Positions 12,421-26,100 of a DNA stretch of 64,000 nt are shown in pieces. The stretch lies in assembly GCF_009914755.1 (NCBI RefSeq), contig NC_060926.1. One strand, given 5' to 3'. The notes beneath the pieces are model-generated. The model worked only from the letters and a program-made list of their open reading frames with translations, had not been told where the DNA came from and made no database searches. The position numbers and the translations under genes were made by a program. Source of the stretch: the human T2T-CHM13v2.0 reference genome, Homo sapiens. Positions within the stretch are counted from its first letter, which is position 1. The number at the start of each line of letters is the position of its first letter.

Positions 12421-15059
12421 AGAAGGCTTTGTTTACACTCCAGGTAAGGAAATGGAGGGTTAAAAAAAAGTAATCACACCAATGCAAAAAGAGGAGGAAG
12501 ATAGTGAAGTATCAGGAATGCAGCTGGATGAATAATTGATGAGCTGGTAGCCTAAGAGAGCGTCTCATTAATATGATCCTGCAGGTTCATTAAGTACTAT
12601 TCCAGGCTTGTCTTGGAGAGGGCCTCCTGAGTCTTGATTAGGGATTGTGTGGCTTTCGCTTCGACATCAGAACTTTGGGCTTTGGGTTCTGACAACTGCT
12701 TCCTAAGCTCCTATCCTTTTACCCCAGCACCTTTGGAAGCTCTTCTCCAACCCCCTCTCACTAATCATGGGCCCCTAACCATGACAGTCAGTCCTAGTAA
12801 ATAATATATCAAGATAAATGATAATTGTTCTGTTTTAAGTGTCTCCTAATGAGCATCATAAATTAAAAATTAATATTGCAAAGACTATATGAATAGCATC
12901 AAATCCATAAACAAAGCAGCGGGTATCACGCTTGCAAATGAAAGCTAAACACCTCCCTTGTCCTCTTTTCCATTCCCCACCTCTATCTACCTTCCCCCAC
13001 TTCCTTCTCCACCTCCCTCCTGGCACTCCAGACCTGGCGTCCAAGCCACCAGGAATTACATTGCAAATAACAGTACCTTTTTTTTTCCCCTCACAGATCA
13101 TTTCTGGCCTGCTACTTACCTACCTGGTTTAGTGTGACTTGAAGACCCAATCCAGACAATTTATTTCTCATTATTTATTTTGCTTAGCCAGAGATAGACA
13201 AGGCAGAATCAGATTATGGAAAACTTTTAGTTGAGGCAGATGAACTAGGTCAGATCCCTTGGAAAGATTGAATATAGAATTTTAATGGCATCAAATAGTT
13301 CTGTCCTTCCATATTAGACAATTATATTTCAACCGAAGTCACATTTTGGAGAAGACTCTATACCAGAATCTTAGTAAGAGCTTTTTATTCTCTGTGTAGT
13401 AGTAGGATAGCTTTTTGGGGGTGTTTTCCTGGTTTTTCCAAATTGCTACAATTTTAACAATTATGATCATGAATAGCAAAAAGAAAGAAAACATCACTCA
13501 GAAGTGAAGAAAAGCGCTTGGTCAGACACAAAAGCCCAGTCACAAAGGTTAAAATAACCATCATTTTGTGAGCCTTTTTACAATGCACTAGACACCGTGA
13601 GGTGTGCATCATCTCCATCCCTCACAGCAGCACTGAAGGGTAGATGATATTATTCCCAGCATCCTATTGCTATCCAGAGGGAAAGGAGGCTTAGCCAACG
13701 GGCTGCAAACATTCCAATTCCTTTTCCTGAGATGGACGCATGAACTCTCTTGGCCCAAAGGCATTAAATATTCCACCCATGTAACCGATGCCCCTTCTTG
13801 GAATTCAGAGCTCACCCTGCAACCTGCTGGTTATCATTTGGCTTCTATCACAGGCTGCCAACGGTGAGAGTACACATGGGTCACGCTCATGTAAATATTC
13901 CAGACCATATGGCAGTTGTATTTCTCACTGTAAATGAACACATTGGCTTTGTTCTATAGAAAATCAATTTCGCAAAAACTTGAGTTCAGTTACTTTTGGA
14001 CTGGAAGGATAAAAATTTCCTAAGCCTTCACTGATTGCTGAACCTTCTATACCAAGTCTACATGAGTTCCACATCCCTGAATGCTCTCTTTCAGTTGATT
14101 CGCTTGCTTTACTAATCCAAGGACTCAAACATTCACACAGCTGTATATGGAGAAAATATAAAAACAATTCACCTTTTTGGCAACTGAGCTACGTAACCAA
14201 TAAAGGTGGTTTCACTTCAGGCCATTACCCAGATTAGTTTTACTAAACTTAGCTGGAATGCCATCCTGCGCCTTTGAGGAATGTGCACAATATGCTTTGG
14301 TACTGGCATTGCTACCACTGTAATTCTCTCACACAAATAGAGGCACTACAGTCGTAATATTATTCCAGTGAAAAACTGGACCTCTCTCTCCCTGGGATAC
14401 CACAAAGCTAACAATGGCAAAGCCTCCCAAAACCAAAGTGCACAGAAGAAGACAGTGCTTAAGCTAATTAAATCTGCTGTGGAACCAGGAGAATTCCAAG
14501 AACAGCAGTAACACATTTTTATTTTATAAAAATGTCCCCATTGAAACAACAGATCTGAATGCAAATGTAAAACTAAGCATTCGATAATGCTCACTTTCAC
14601 ATCTGTCAACATTTTAGAGTAACTTCAAGAGGAATACATTTGTGGTTCTAGAAATTCTTAGTTTATGCATAGAATACATTTGAGAGGACTTTGTTTTCAC
14701 AAGTATCCAGGTATCAAATAAAAAAATACCATGGAATCACACACTTTTGAAGCTGGAAGGGATCATGAGAGTCATGTATACCTGCCCCTCATTTAACAGG
14801 TGTGATGAAAGTTCAGAGAGGTTCAGTTATCGCTCAAGATTACTCACATGACTGGATTTCAGGAAATTTGAAGGCAAAAAATAAATTAGGGATAGATTTC
14901 CCTCTGTACCCTTAGCATTTAAATGGCAAATCTCTCAGTCTGAGATAGAGGGCTAACCCAGACCAAAATTCACTGGTCACCTGACCTTTCTGTATTTTTA
15001 CAAACAAAATTAAATGGAGAATTGAAACATTTGCCCAAATTGCTTTGGTTAATTTACTG

Positions 15060-15330
15060 AGCTTTGTTTACCTTAAAAAAAAATGAAATAGAGTAGAATA
15101 AAAAGGGTGACACATCTTACAGTATTTGAATATTAATAAAATCATATTTGATGTTAAATTTACTGTTTTTATTCTTACGTGAGTATATTTCATGACACTT
15201 TTCATGTTTCAGTTATAACTATATGTGTGTATATATATGTATGTGTCTGTATGTATATATATTAGATATATGCTAAGTTATAATATATAACTTTTTCTTA
15301 CCATGAATCACAGTAAAAAAGACCAAAATT
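15060..15330. mobile_element. Probable hAT-Charlie non-autonomous element remnant
   Basis: aatagagtagaata and terminal tttcttaccatgaatcacagtaaaaaa resemble Charlie-type ends. Confidence 0.35.
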
Positions 15331-16584
15331 CACTTCAGTGGAAATTTCACTTTTGCCCCACTCACCATCTTTAAAAACAAAAAACCAACAATGAAAATAA
15401 AATGTAAAATAGAAGCTTCTCGTAACATTTTGGGGGAACCTTGCATTAAACTATCACTTTCTTGTCACTGCAGCCCAAAATGTTCTTTCTCCTTCAGGCC
15501 TAGTGCAATGTCCTATAGGTTACTAAAAAAGAAACATTAAACTTAAGAAACTAGAAAAAGGGCAAATGCACAAAAGATGAAAAAGGAAACAGATCTTCCT
15601 TTCGTTGTTTTAAGATACATGTTTTTTTCTTTCCTAATATCAAAGTTTGGGGTAAACAACAAATGTAATTTGCTCAGTTCCTAGGACAGTAGATGTACAA
15701 TAATACGTGTTAAAGGAACACCAAAATAAGGGTAAAACAGCAGACTTTAGACTCTGCTACTAACCTGTACAAAACTTGGTGGAGTTTATAATTTCTCTGA
15801 GCTTCAACTTTCTCAACCGTAAAAGGTGATGACTGGGCAAGAGCTGCATTTCTTTCAGGGATCTTTGCAGAACTCTTTCCATGGGCTCTTAATAAATGAC
15901 CCATGAAAATCATTTCTAAATGATAGGTTAATAGTGGGCCCTTCACCGATTTCTACCTTCTTATGTATTCATGATCATCCAATGAGTCCTAACTTTCCAG
16001 CTCAGAAATGGTGACCTCCAAAGAAAAAGAAAAAAAAAAAAAAAAAAGGTCCAAAGAAGAAGAAAATGAAATCACTCTGGATTTCTTAAATAAAACATAA
16101 AAGTATATCCAACTGCATGGACCAGATACTAGTAAGCTTCTCAAACTAGGAAGCAATAGTTTGGGCTGTGAATTAAAGACTTATTTTTCATATGTCCTTT
16201 CTTTTATACATGTGATCTTTCACAAAAAGAGAGAGAGAAATAGAAGGTACTATTTGGTTCCAATAAGTACCTTGTCCAAAAGACAACACAGCAATGGGCA
16301 CTGTGCACCATTTGCTCAGGAGTGGTTCTGTAGCATCAGGACCAAGTGGGAGGACTGGAATTAGCAGGAGCCCTACTCACCTACTTCTGTGACTTTGGGA
16401 TGAAAGAGAATCCAAATGAGCCCCTGCTCTGTATGGAATTGTGACTACCATTATCTACAGCTACAACTCCAGAGTTAGAAAAGATAACCCTATCTGTGAA
16501 GATAACCCTTCTGTGAAGGTCCTGAATCTGGGTAGCTAGAGGGCACGGTGTATCTGGGGAAGCACAGCATATTCCATTAGGCAC

Positions 16585-16740
16585 ACCACTGTGACTCTAA
16601 GCTTCCATTTCCTTATGCAAAATGGGAATGAAACTAGAACCTACCTTATGAGTTGTGGAAAGAATTAAATATATGTGTAGGACTTGACCCATTATCTGAT
16701 ACATAGTAAGTGCTCAGTAAATGTGCCTGTTTTTATTATA
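16585..16740 (+). mobile_element. MIR SINE
   Basis: ttccttatgcaaaatgggaatg...gaattaaat...acatagtaagtgctcagtaaatg. Confidence 0.8.
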
Positions 16741-17362
16741 GTATAACTGAATCCGGACTATGATTAAGAGAGCAAAGATAATGAAAATTTAAATGATATG
16801 TTAGTATAGATGCATTCTGCTGTGATGTGAATGCATTAGAAAGACACTGGGGAGGCATACACATTGAATTAGAAACGAGCACCACCTTCATGGTCCATTT
16901 TGTTCACTTTCCAAGCAAATGGCTTGGAAGAGTTGAAGGAATCTGGTCACCCCTAGATGATTAGCAAATCTTGTACTTAATGGGCAAAATGAGCAGCCAG
17001 GGATGCATCCATTTCTCAGGAGATAGGCTCTTGCCATACATTTCCATTCTTTGTTTAAAATTGCAACACATTTTGGACCAAAAATCTTTGGGCATTTTGC
17101 ATCTATCCTGCCATCCTGAGATTTGTATATGCCAACAAACACCTTCTAGTTATCATTATGTAGCACTGATACTTTGCTCTGGGGTCTATAATCATCTTTA
17201 TGTGGTCAAAGATGGCTTCAGTTTACCCTGGCAAAGCAGATGACGGCTGCTCTTTTATCTCAAGGAAGTGGAGACAGAACAGGGAGTTCTTGTCTCCCTT
17301 GTCCAAAGGGCACACAAGTAAGCAGAAGTGCCTGGGCTACCGGGACTCTGAAATGTGGCCAT

Positions 17363-17378
17363 CAGCCAGGTGGCAGTG
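17363..17378 (+). promoter_or_regulatory. Candidate CTCF motif
   Basis: cagccaggtggcagtg has one mismatch to the CCRSYAGRKGGCRS core. Confidence 0.4.
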
Positions 17379-19579
17379 CTGGCCGGGTAATCACCCCACC
17401 CAGCACGCAAATCAGGGTAGCACTCACTTATTTTCCTGAGCTACTCTAGGCGGTGAGCACTAGCCTCAATGCTACCAGGTGTACGTACCGCAAAAATGGT
17501 TGACAGGCTGACAGGAAGTATATTTTGGGAGGAAAATAATAGTAAAGACTTAATTGAAGGATATCTGAAGAAAGCAAAAGAAATTACCCAACCCATCTGC
17601 AAATCACACGCTGGAAATGAATGGGTTCTTTAGTGTTTGGGACATTTTCGTGTTATAAAAATGTAGACTATAGAGCTATTATATCAAGTAATTTATGGGA
17701 TGAATATTGTAATTCATTGAATGTCATGACTTATCTTTTATTCATATAGTTACTATTCCATTACCAGAGAGGGAGGTTTGTCAAAGGTTAATTATTTTAA
17801 ATTGCTCTGGCAAATTTATTTTGATTTGTACAATTTTTTTGAATAATCATAGGTCTATATATTCATACATCTTTATGAGGCTTCTTTTTTAAAAATAATA
17901 TTCTTTGATGAGGCAGTTAAAGCTAGATAAATGCTTTAGTGATGTCTTTAAAATATATTCCCTTTAACTCTGGATGTAGATCTACAAAAAATATTATATT
18001 ATTATTGTTATTGGTATGATGTCTATTTTAGAACTTTCTATTTTTCCTAGGAAAATTGCAATTAAAAATGGCCAGGAATATGAAATTTTAATTTCTTAAG
18101 GGGTTGCCCATGGTTCATAGTACCTTTGAGCTCTGAATCACTATTTGGAATCCCCTCTAAACGGTGAGTGGGAAAGCTGTTGACACCTGCTGTGGGCTGT
18201 ACCTCACCTCTGTTTCACATGAGGCTACTCCTTGGCCAGGGATACCTTCTCAGGACATGAGATTTGGTCCTTGAGGGAGAATAAATGCTGGACTACAAGG
18301 CAAATACCTTCCAAGTTAAAAAAATAATTATGAATCATAAATCTAAATTTAAAATAGAGCCACAAGTGAGGAATTAGGAAGACTACAGTACATACAATAT
18401 ATACAATAGAATACACAGATTAATCCAAGTCCCACCTCCTTCAAAATGAATAGGCTCTCCCATGAAGCCTTCCTAATTAACTCTGCTTTTCTTCTTTATA
18501 TGTCTCAAATACTTATGTATCATGTCTATATTTCATTAATATGGTTTCATTGTTATGTAGCTTTTTAATTATTCATAAATCATTTGAAAGTTAGGTATAG
18601 TAGAGTCAGAAGACCTAGGCTCACAGTTAAGTCCTGAGGTTTATTGTTTGTACAGGCTTAGATACATTGTTTGATTCGTCTGCGATTCAGTTTATTTTAT
18701 GTGAAAGAGGAATAAGAAGCCCCACCTATGTTCTTCATGCAGTTGGCAATATGTCACCTAATAATTGCGCACTTCTCTAGGTTCATAAAATTCTTGCGTA
18801 TCTATCTCGTTTAATCCCTCAAACAATAGTATATAAGATGAGCACTATTACCCATCCATATTTATGAACATAGGTATTAGATGAATAATGTGAAAATGTT
18901 ATTTTTAACATCATAAGTTATTGTTATTTTTAGCCTGTAGATTTTATATCATCAATTTAAAATTAACACCCCTGAGGCTACAGGCCATCTCTTTCCTTTT
19001 TTTATATATATAATTCTCTCCTTATGCTCTTTTCCTTTAGGTGGTTTGGTGAATAGATTCAGAAGATAGATTTTTCTAGGATAGATAACAAAGTGCTTTG
19101 CAAAATAAATGCTCAGTAGGGTGGTGTCTATACATTGCCATAGTAACTGATTAATTTTATTTGGTGTCAGGAAGAAAATAATAATCAATTATTTAATCAA
19201 ACTTTTTACTTTTAACCAGTTGTAATGGTCTTATGCACGTGGTAAAAATGTCCCTGAATAGCACAGCAAGCCTCAAGGCATACAAATAAAATACATATAT
19301 GCACTCTATCATGCTGTTACTAAGAAAAAAGCCACGGTATACGATTCTGAAAAGCATGAGTAAAGGCTTCAGGTACAGAGGCAGTGAGATGTTCCCTATT
19401 TACCCTACCAGAAGGAAAGATCCATCAGAAAAGAGCCCTTGTCTGTCTTGTTCACACTTACTATTTTCAGAACCTGTCACACAGTTGGTGCTCAATAAAT
19501 ACTAAGTATAAAATATCTCATTATATTCATATCACTCAGATCCTTAAAACACTATGAAGCTTTGCAGTTAAAAAAGAAC

Positions 19580-19900
19580 TTGGAGTTTTGAAGTGGATTG
19601 AGAAGAGAGAAACAGTGTTGGAGATAGGACCCATGAGTAAAAGTTAAGGAAACAAATTTATTACTCAAAAGGCATAAATTAAAGGGAGACTGCAAATGTC
19701 AGATAGCATCCTATGTGATGTCTATAATGAAGCAGATGTTGGCAGGGGAGTGACTCCTCAACTCTGCTGCAAATAGATGCAAAGGAAATGTGTTCACCTT
19801 GCCATACAAAAGACATGCATTAGGTAAAAGTAAATAAATATACATGTAAACACATACATACATAAAATACATCCCCATTGAGAAGTGGTGGAAAGTGAAC
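19580..19900 (+). mobile_element. Degenerate CR1/L3 LINE 3' ORF2 fragment
   Basis: Motif order resembles the CR1 C-terminus: LKWIEKRET, catgagtaaaagttaaggaa (~YEERLKE), ttaaagggagac (LKGD), aaaggaaatg (~RGNG). Confidence 0.5.
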
Positions 19901-19939
19901 AGGAAAATTACAGAATTAGCTCTCAGTGATCAAGTTTTT

Positions 19940-20100
19940 GCCCAATAATGTGTCAGGCACAGACTCTAAGTACTTGACTTACACTGTCTCACTAAACAAA
20001 TTCTCTATAGTAGATATTATCATGATGAAGAAACTGAGACTATGAGCAATTAAATAACTTGCCCAAAGTCATATGCTAGTGGTCAGCAGAGTCTGGAATG
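19940..20100 (-). mobile_element. MIR SINE
   Basis: gatgaagaaactgagact...taacttgcccaaagtcat. Confidence 0.8.
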
Positions 20101-23100
20101 AGTGTCCATCTCCACCTTCTGGGTTAAAGTCATTTAAGATACCTGCCACCTGCAACCTCAACATCCACCAGCTCTAAAGTTTTTTTTCCATGGACCCTGG
20201 AGGACCGTACAACTATTTTTGCTTAACAGACTTCATGAAAGTGGAAACTGATTGATGGCTATGATAATGCAAAACATTTACTAATGTGGCCTACAGAATT
20301 ATTTGTTTAAACTTATACATATATGTTATACCTATGCAAATATTTTACTCTTAATAAGTCTTTTTACCCAGATTTCACAGTAAAACTAGGGTCCCATGAG
20401 ATAGAGTCCCTGAATCAGCAAGTAGAGAGATTTCATCTTCAATATAGTATACTTGGCCCTAAATATTTTAATTTTCCTGTCATCTTGCTATATATCAATA
20501 AAGGGATCTTTCAATTGAAGTATTCTGTATAGCTGTGTAAACTCAATCAATTAGCCACATAGTGGTCATGTGTCCACTTCCTTTTGAATCGTAGAATCCA
20601 CTGTCTAAGGTGAGATTTTGGTAGGAGGACACACTGGACCCTGGTGTGAGCTGCACTGGCAGAAATGTCACTGTAAGATCCCAAGGTATTATTATAAATT
20701 GTCAATATGGCAGAATTAAAGGCAGCCCTCCTCAAGAATACCACTGCAACACTGAGCCCACCCTTATCCCATTCTACTGTACACCACCAGAGAACATCAC
20801 TCCGAATCCAGTGTCTTTTACCAGAGACAATCTGATTCCTATAGATTGGGATATTTCTATTTTTAATTCTCCTTAACAGAGAACTCTAAGTCCAGAATCT
20901 TCTGCAAAGGCCTGTGAAGTGCTATTCTGATCATCCCTTCATGTTCCTGAGTTGCTCTGGGATAATGTTGTCGGGGGAAGACCCCCAGGGGAACAGCTGA
21001 TTGGATTCTGGCAAGATGGACCAAACATCTGCTTCAAACAAAAGACATCTGCATATTTCACATTTATTTTTCATAATTTACAGAAGCAACCTGCCAAAAT
21101 TCAGCAAGGGAGCTGAAATATGAACACTAGCACATAATTAGCTTAAAGTTTGCTTGCTTTAGAAGTATGAGCATGAAGCCCAGGAGCTCACCTGGGAGGA
21201 CATCAAGGAATGGCGGAACTGAGGTTTGATTTCTGTGAATTTTGTTTTAGACCTCATATGCCAGGGCAGAAGACCTGGCCCTGCTAGGCTTGGAAGGGAG
21301 AAGCAAATATGCCAGAGATGACACGAGGAGGTTCTTTCGCCCTCGTGTCAAATAAAAAGCCTCCACACCAAAAGAGTGGTCAAAGATAATATCATTTATT
21401 AAATAAGATCTGATTAATCAGAAAGATTTTGCTTCAACCACTTAGCACTACAGTTCACAGGTTAGAAAATGATGCAATGCTACATGGCGCTTAATTTAAA
21501 ATGTATATACCGAGAGTACCAATGGCATGGTGAGAAATTATGTGTGGGTGTTTCATTATTGTTCAAATCATCAGAAAGCTGTTATTTGTCAAAAAAATAC
21601 TAGGAAATATATTGGTTGCCTAGATGCTAGTATATTTGGAATACATGATGAAAACATAAAGAGAACAAGATAATGGACTATATTATCAGTCTTAATATAT
21701 CCTGCTATCATGAATACAACTATTTTCCCCCTATAAACTACATCATCCCAGTTGAAATTCAAACTTGGCAAGGTCATAATTACATGAAATAACTAAAGCT
21801 TGCTTAGAGAATAAAAAGATTTGGAGGGGGGTGGGTTCTTTTTGTTTCTAACAAAGGAATTTCAACTCTATGTCCAGTATTTTTTTTTTTTAAAGTAGCT
21901 ATGAGGTCCTGTGGGATTTTCCCTGATCTTAACTCCAGGGAGAAAGCATATTTATAGTTAAAGCAAAGATTTGCAAAATATTAGGCACTGTTTTGAAATG
22001 TTTGAAACATCAGGCCCCTGGTGGGAGGAGTGCTATTTTGATTTTGCTGACTGTCTCTGATCTTCCAGTCTCGGTCATTGCTTTACAAAAGCAATTGTGT
22101 TCCTGATTTACTTGTAGACACAATGCTGACCCTATAAAAATCTCTGCAATACTACCACGGCAGTTCCAAAGGATTTAGCATCTTAAATTATGCGTACATT
22201 GTCGAAGCAACATATGCAACCCAGGCACCGTGATCCAAACACACAGTGCAGTCAGATCATTTATCTTCTTGATAATTTCCCCTGAAAATTATTTCTGAAG
22301 CACCTCCTAGAAGCATCACAAGGACTCTCCTGTGAGGAGTAGCCTGGAACCCAAATGTCCTTTGTGGTTACTGCTCTTGTGGGGAAGTGGCAGGCTCAGG
22401 GTAGCTCTGACTCTGGCCAACATGGTTGTATTTTTCTATGGGCTCTTGATTTTTAAGAAATAAAAATCAGCTTTAGTTACAGAGAAATTATGACACTAAA
22501 TAGAAAAATAACGAATTGCTGGATCATAAACAGATATTTTCTACCTCCCAAAATAAGCCTTTGGTCTTGGTGGGTGATTAGCAACACAAAAATACATTGG
22601 CATTATTCCAGGAAGGAATATCACTGAAGAAAAGAAGAATCAGAAAGATATACATTCTGTGTATAGCTGGTCCATCCTTACATTGGATAATCCCCATGAG
22701 TGACAGTGACCTATATTTGTGTTGCAGGCCCATCTCAGCTTGTAGAAGGGATCTAAATTTCTACCCAGGGAAATTATTTTGAGTAGCCAGGATCTACTTG
22801 TCTTATCTCCAACAAATTGTCAACATCATGTATGCCTATCCTTCTCCCATAGGGTAGTGTGGCCAACATATTTTTGAATGTGCCTTCATGTTCAGCATTT
22901 GAGTTTAACAATCCCCTCACAGCTTTTTGCATGGACTTTTTAGCTTCTCCACCCAAAGAGTAGATTAAAATCTCCAGTTGGAGCAGATGTGAGATCCAAC
23001 CTGGTTGAAGCATTATCTCTGAATAGCTTCTAGAACATCTTCTTTTCTGATTTGTAAAAACTACAGGAATAATATATATGTTTCTCAATTTGTTTTTCTA

Positions 23101-26100
23101 ATAGGTCTGTGATCAAATTTTGTTCCACACCCAATATCAGACAACATGTGCACATCTTGGACAAGACTATTGGGGTCTGTGAGGGGAAATCCCTGCCAGA
23201 GCCCCTCATTATCATATTTTTATTTCATTCCTAAGGTAATAAGCAAAAAAAGATTCCACCACTTCTTAGCCTCTACATTCTCCTGGATAATTTTATATCT
23301 TTGTTAGAAATATAAAATGCAGCTGTAGGAGTCTTTACAAGTCTAAAGAAAAGAGCTAATAATAGTATATTTTTATGGCCCACAATTTATCCTGCTGAAA
23401 AAGGGCAGTTACATTCTTAGAGTTGATTATTGCTACATCTTAAATTTTCTAATTGTTTTAGATTTTTCACTTATTTTAGACACTTTCACTTTGCCCCCTA
23501 GAGTAAATTAAGATGAAAGGTAAATTAAAAGAGAGGAATTCAACATGAAGAGAATAAATAAACAAAACACAGATTGCAAAGCAGGAATGAAAACAAGGTC
23601 TCTGAGATCAATCTGTTAAAGGAATGCTACAAATGTGAAGTGTTTACTATTTTAAAACATTAATCATGTACTCACCCTGTTTATTTAGCTATCAATATTT
23701 TTCCTGTAACTCTGACTTGAAAATGTGTAAGCTGTTTAGAATTAGGACTCACACTGAAGACAAATGATATTTTGATTATTTATATTGCCTAGCTTGTCTT
23801 AAAACTTCAGAGTTGTAGACTTTTCATTTCAATTTACACCTTTTTTAAAAGTCGTTATTATTTTGTATAATGTGACATCTCAAGTAACTTTTATTGCCAC
23901 CCACTACCATATGCCCAAGCCACAGGCATTAAAGATAGGGAGCCCAAGGCCTCCATCAATAGGACTATTCAGAAGATGGCTAACATCTTGCTTTTACCTA
24001 GAATGCATGCCTCAATCCCAAAACATGCCATTGTAGGACTGGCCTGGTTATCAGAATTAGCAGTTCCAAAGGGCTGAGAGTTTCCCAAGTTCCTGGGAGT
24101 ATTTTCTAGGCAGAGATAAATTATTTTTAATAAAAACTCATAATTTGGATATGATAATGAAATAGCCACCAAAGCTACTATATACTCAACATGAGCAGGA
24201 GACTCTCATCTGATCTCACAAAATTAAATGTCTTGTGAAAAAGAGAAACAGTTCACATAAGGTTGATTTACCATTTCTACCCATTGAGAAAGACAGGAAA
24301 GCATTAGAATTTTCTCCTGGAACAAGGATAGGGAAAAATTCCCCCTCATTGGAGCACCTAAACAATGGCATAGATAAGATCCCCCAAAATTGTATATTTC
24401 TCTTGAAAATTATTATTGCTGCTACAAATTTACCCATACAATATTCAAGTGTGCTAGAAAATGGTGGTATCTTTATTTTCTATGGCCGACCTAAAATTCC
24501 TCAAGTACCTCCATCCCATTTCTTCTCATTTTAACAGTTTAGCCTCCAGTGAAAGCTGTTTCTTTCCCCATCCATCATTTTCCCTGATTGGTGTGGGGGT
24601 ATAGGCCCTCATGGTGGGTATCACTCTAGCTTTTGGAGTGCCATCTGCTTCAGGGTCTCACATGGTGTTTGGGTGCTGGCTGAATCTACATGTTTCACAT
24701 TCAATATCCTGGGAACACCCAGCCTCTTGTGTTGGCAAGCCAGCCCATGCCTTGCCTGGCACTCTGCTTCAGCCTGTTTTAGAAAGCTCAGAAGCCTAGT
24801 TCCTACCTCTGACCTTTCTTTCCACAGTCCCTGAGAACCAGAAGAGCTGTCTTTTATTTCCCCTCTTGGTCAGGCCATGGGGACTTCCTCCTGCTCTATG
24901 TCGTCATCCTCCCAAGAGTGATATTTGCCTTCTGCCTTTATATATGCCATTGAGGGCAAGGTTGCTGTTGGGAAGGGATAACAAATGAAATCTTCATGAG
25001 TTTCACAGTTTCCAATTTACATACCCTTAGAGTTATGCAGAGGGCCCACTGTGGGCACAGTGGTTCCTAGGTGCTCCCAGTTTCTTCTCTCTGGGTCCTT
25101 TACCACCTTCCATCTTTCCATGGTAACTCCAACATTGCCCTCTGGGTTCCCAGTGTCCTCCCAAGATGCTCACCTCCTTCAAATTAAACATTTCTGGAAA
25201 ACTGGCTCGTACATCCTCAATGTCTGACATGACTGTAGGTATCACTCTACTGGGGGAGTTACAAAGGACTAACACTTGAGCCAAAGCAATGAATCATCAA
25301 GGGTGTCATTTTGAGCGTTACTGGTTGAAGAAGAGCATAGGGGCAGAAAAGGAGTTTTCCAGATTCCACTGGAACAATATCTTGTGGATAAGATGGCCTC
25401 CTGAGGTTTCCCTATTTATATGTTCTACCAGAGATGTATGCATATGCACATGGATTGCATCTACATAAACACACATAGACAATTTAAATTGAAATATCAA
25501 GACATGTCAGCATGAGATTAACAACCATAAGAGAACCCTGAAAACTAATAAATATTCTGTAAATATTTAGTGCTAATATGCGTCCACTTAGTTGACACAG
25601 ACCTTCTTAAATAAAGTAATAATAAAGAATTACAGAAAAAAATAAATAATTACAGAAATGACATAAACTAGCCCAAGCATATCTCAAATAACTGTGTTGG
25701 TTCCAGAGTCACCTAAAGAGCCAGACTTTAACAAAGTGTTTTTATCTAGTGAGAGAAATGACCACAGGCATCTTGCTATGACCAGTCATTAAAAACAATG
25801 TCAATTGTCCTTTTCCTAAAGGATGTAATTTCATGCAAACCTAAATGTGTTAACAAAAGCTGAGTCTTCTATTTTGTTGTTTTTATTTTACATTTATAGG
25901 CTATAGGAGTCTTGAATTAGTGGGTTTTTTTAGTTACTAAAACGATAATAATTTTTAGTATTTCTAATAATAATTCTTAAAGAATATGTGGTGCTTATTT
26001 TTATTTCACAATTTCCCTGGAATTTCTGACAAGATAAAACTTTCTGCAGGATTTGGTGGATGTGTTTCTCCTTGGCTTGGCAGCTCTGTTGATGCCTCGC

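Noticed and set aside
22774-23088. 104-aa minus ORF with protein-like composition (GEAKKSMQKAVRG...IGIHDVDNLL)
   Set aside because: No family recognised, no convincing splice sites and a non-ATG start. A BLASTX would be needed to rescue it.
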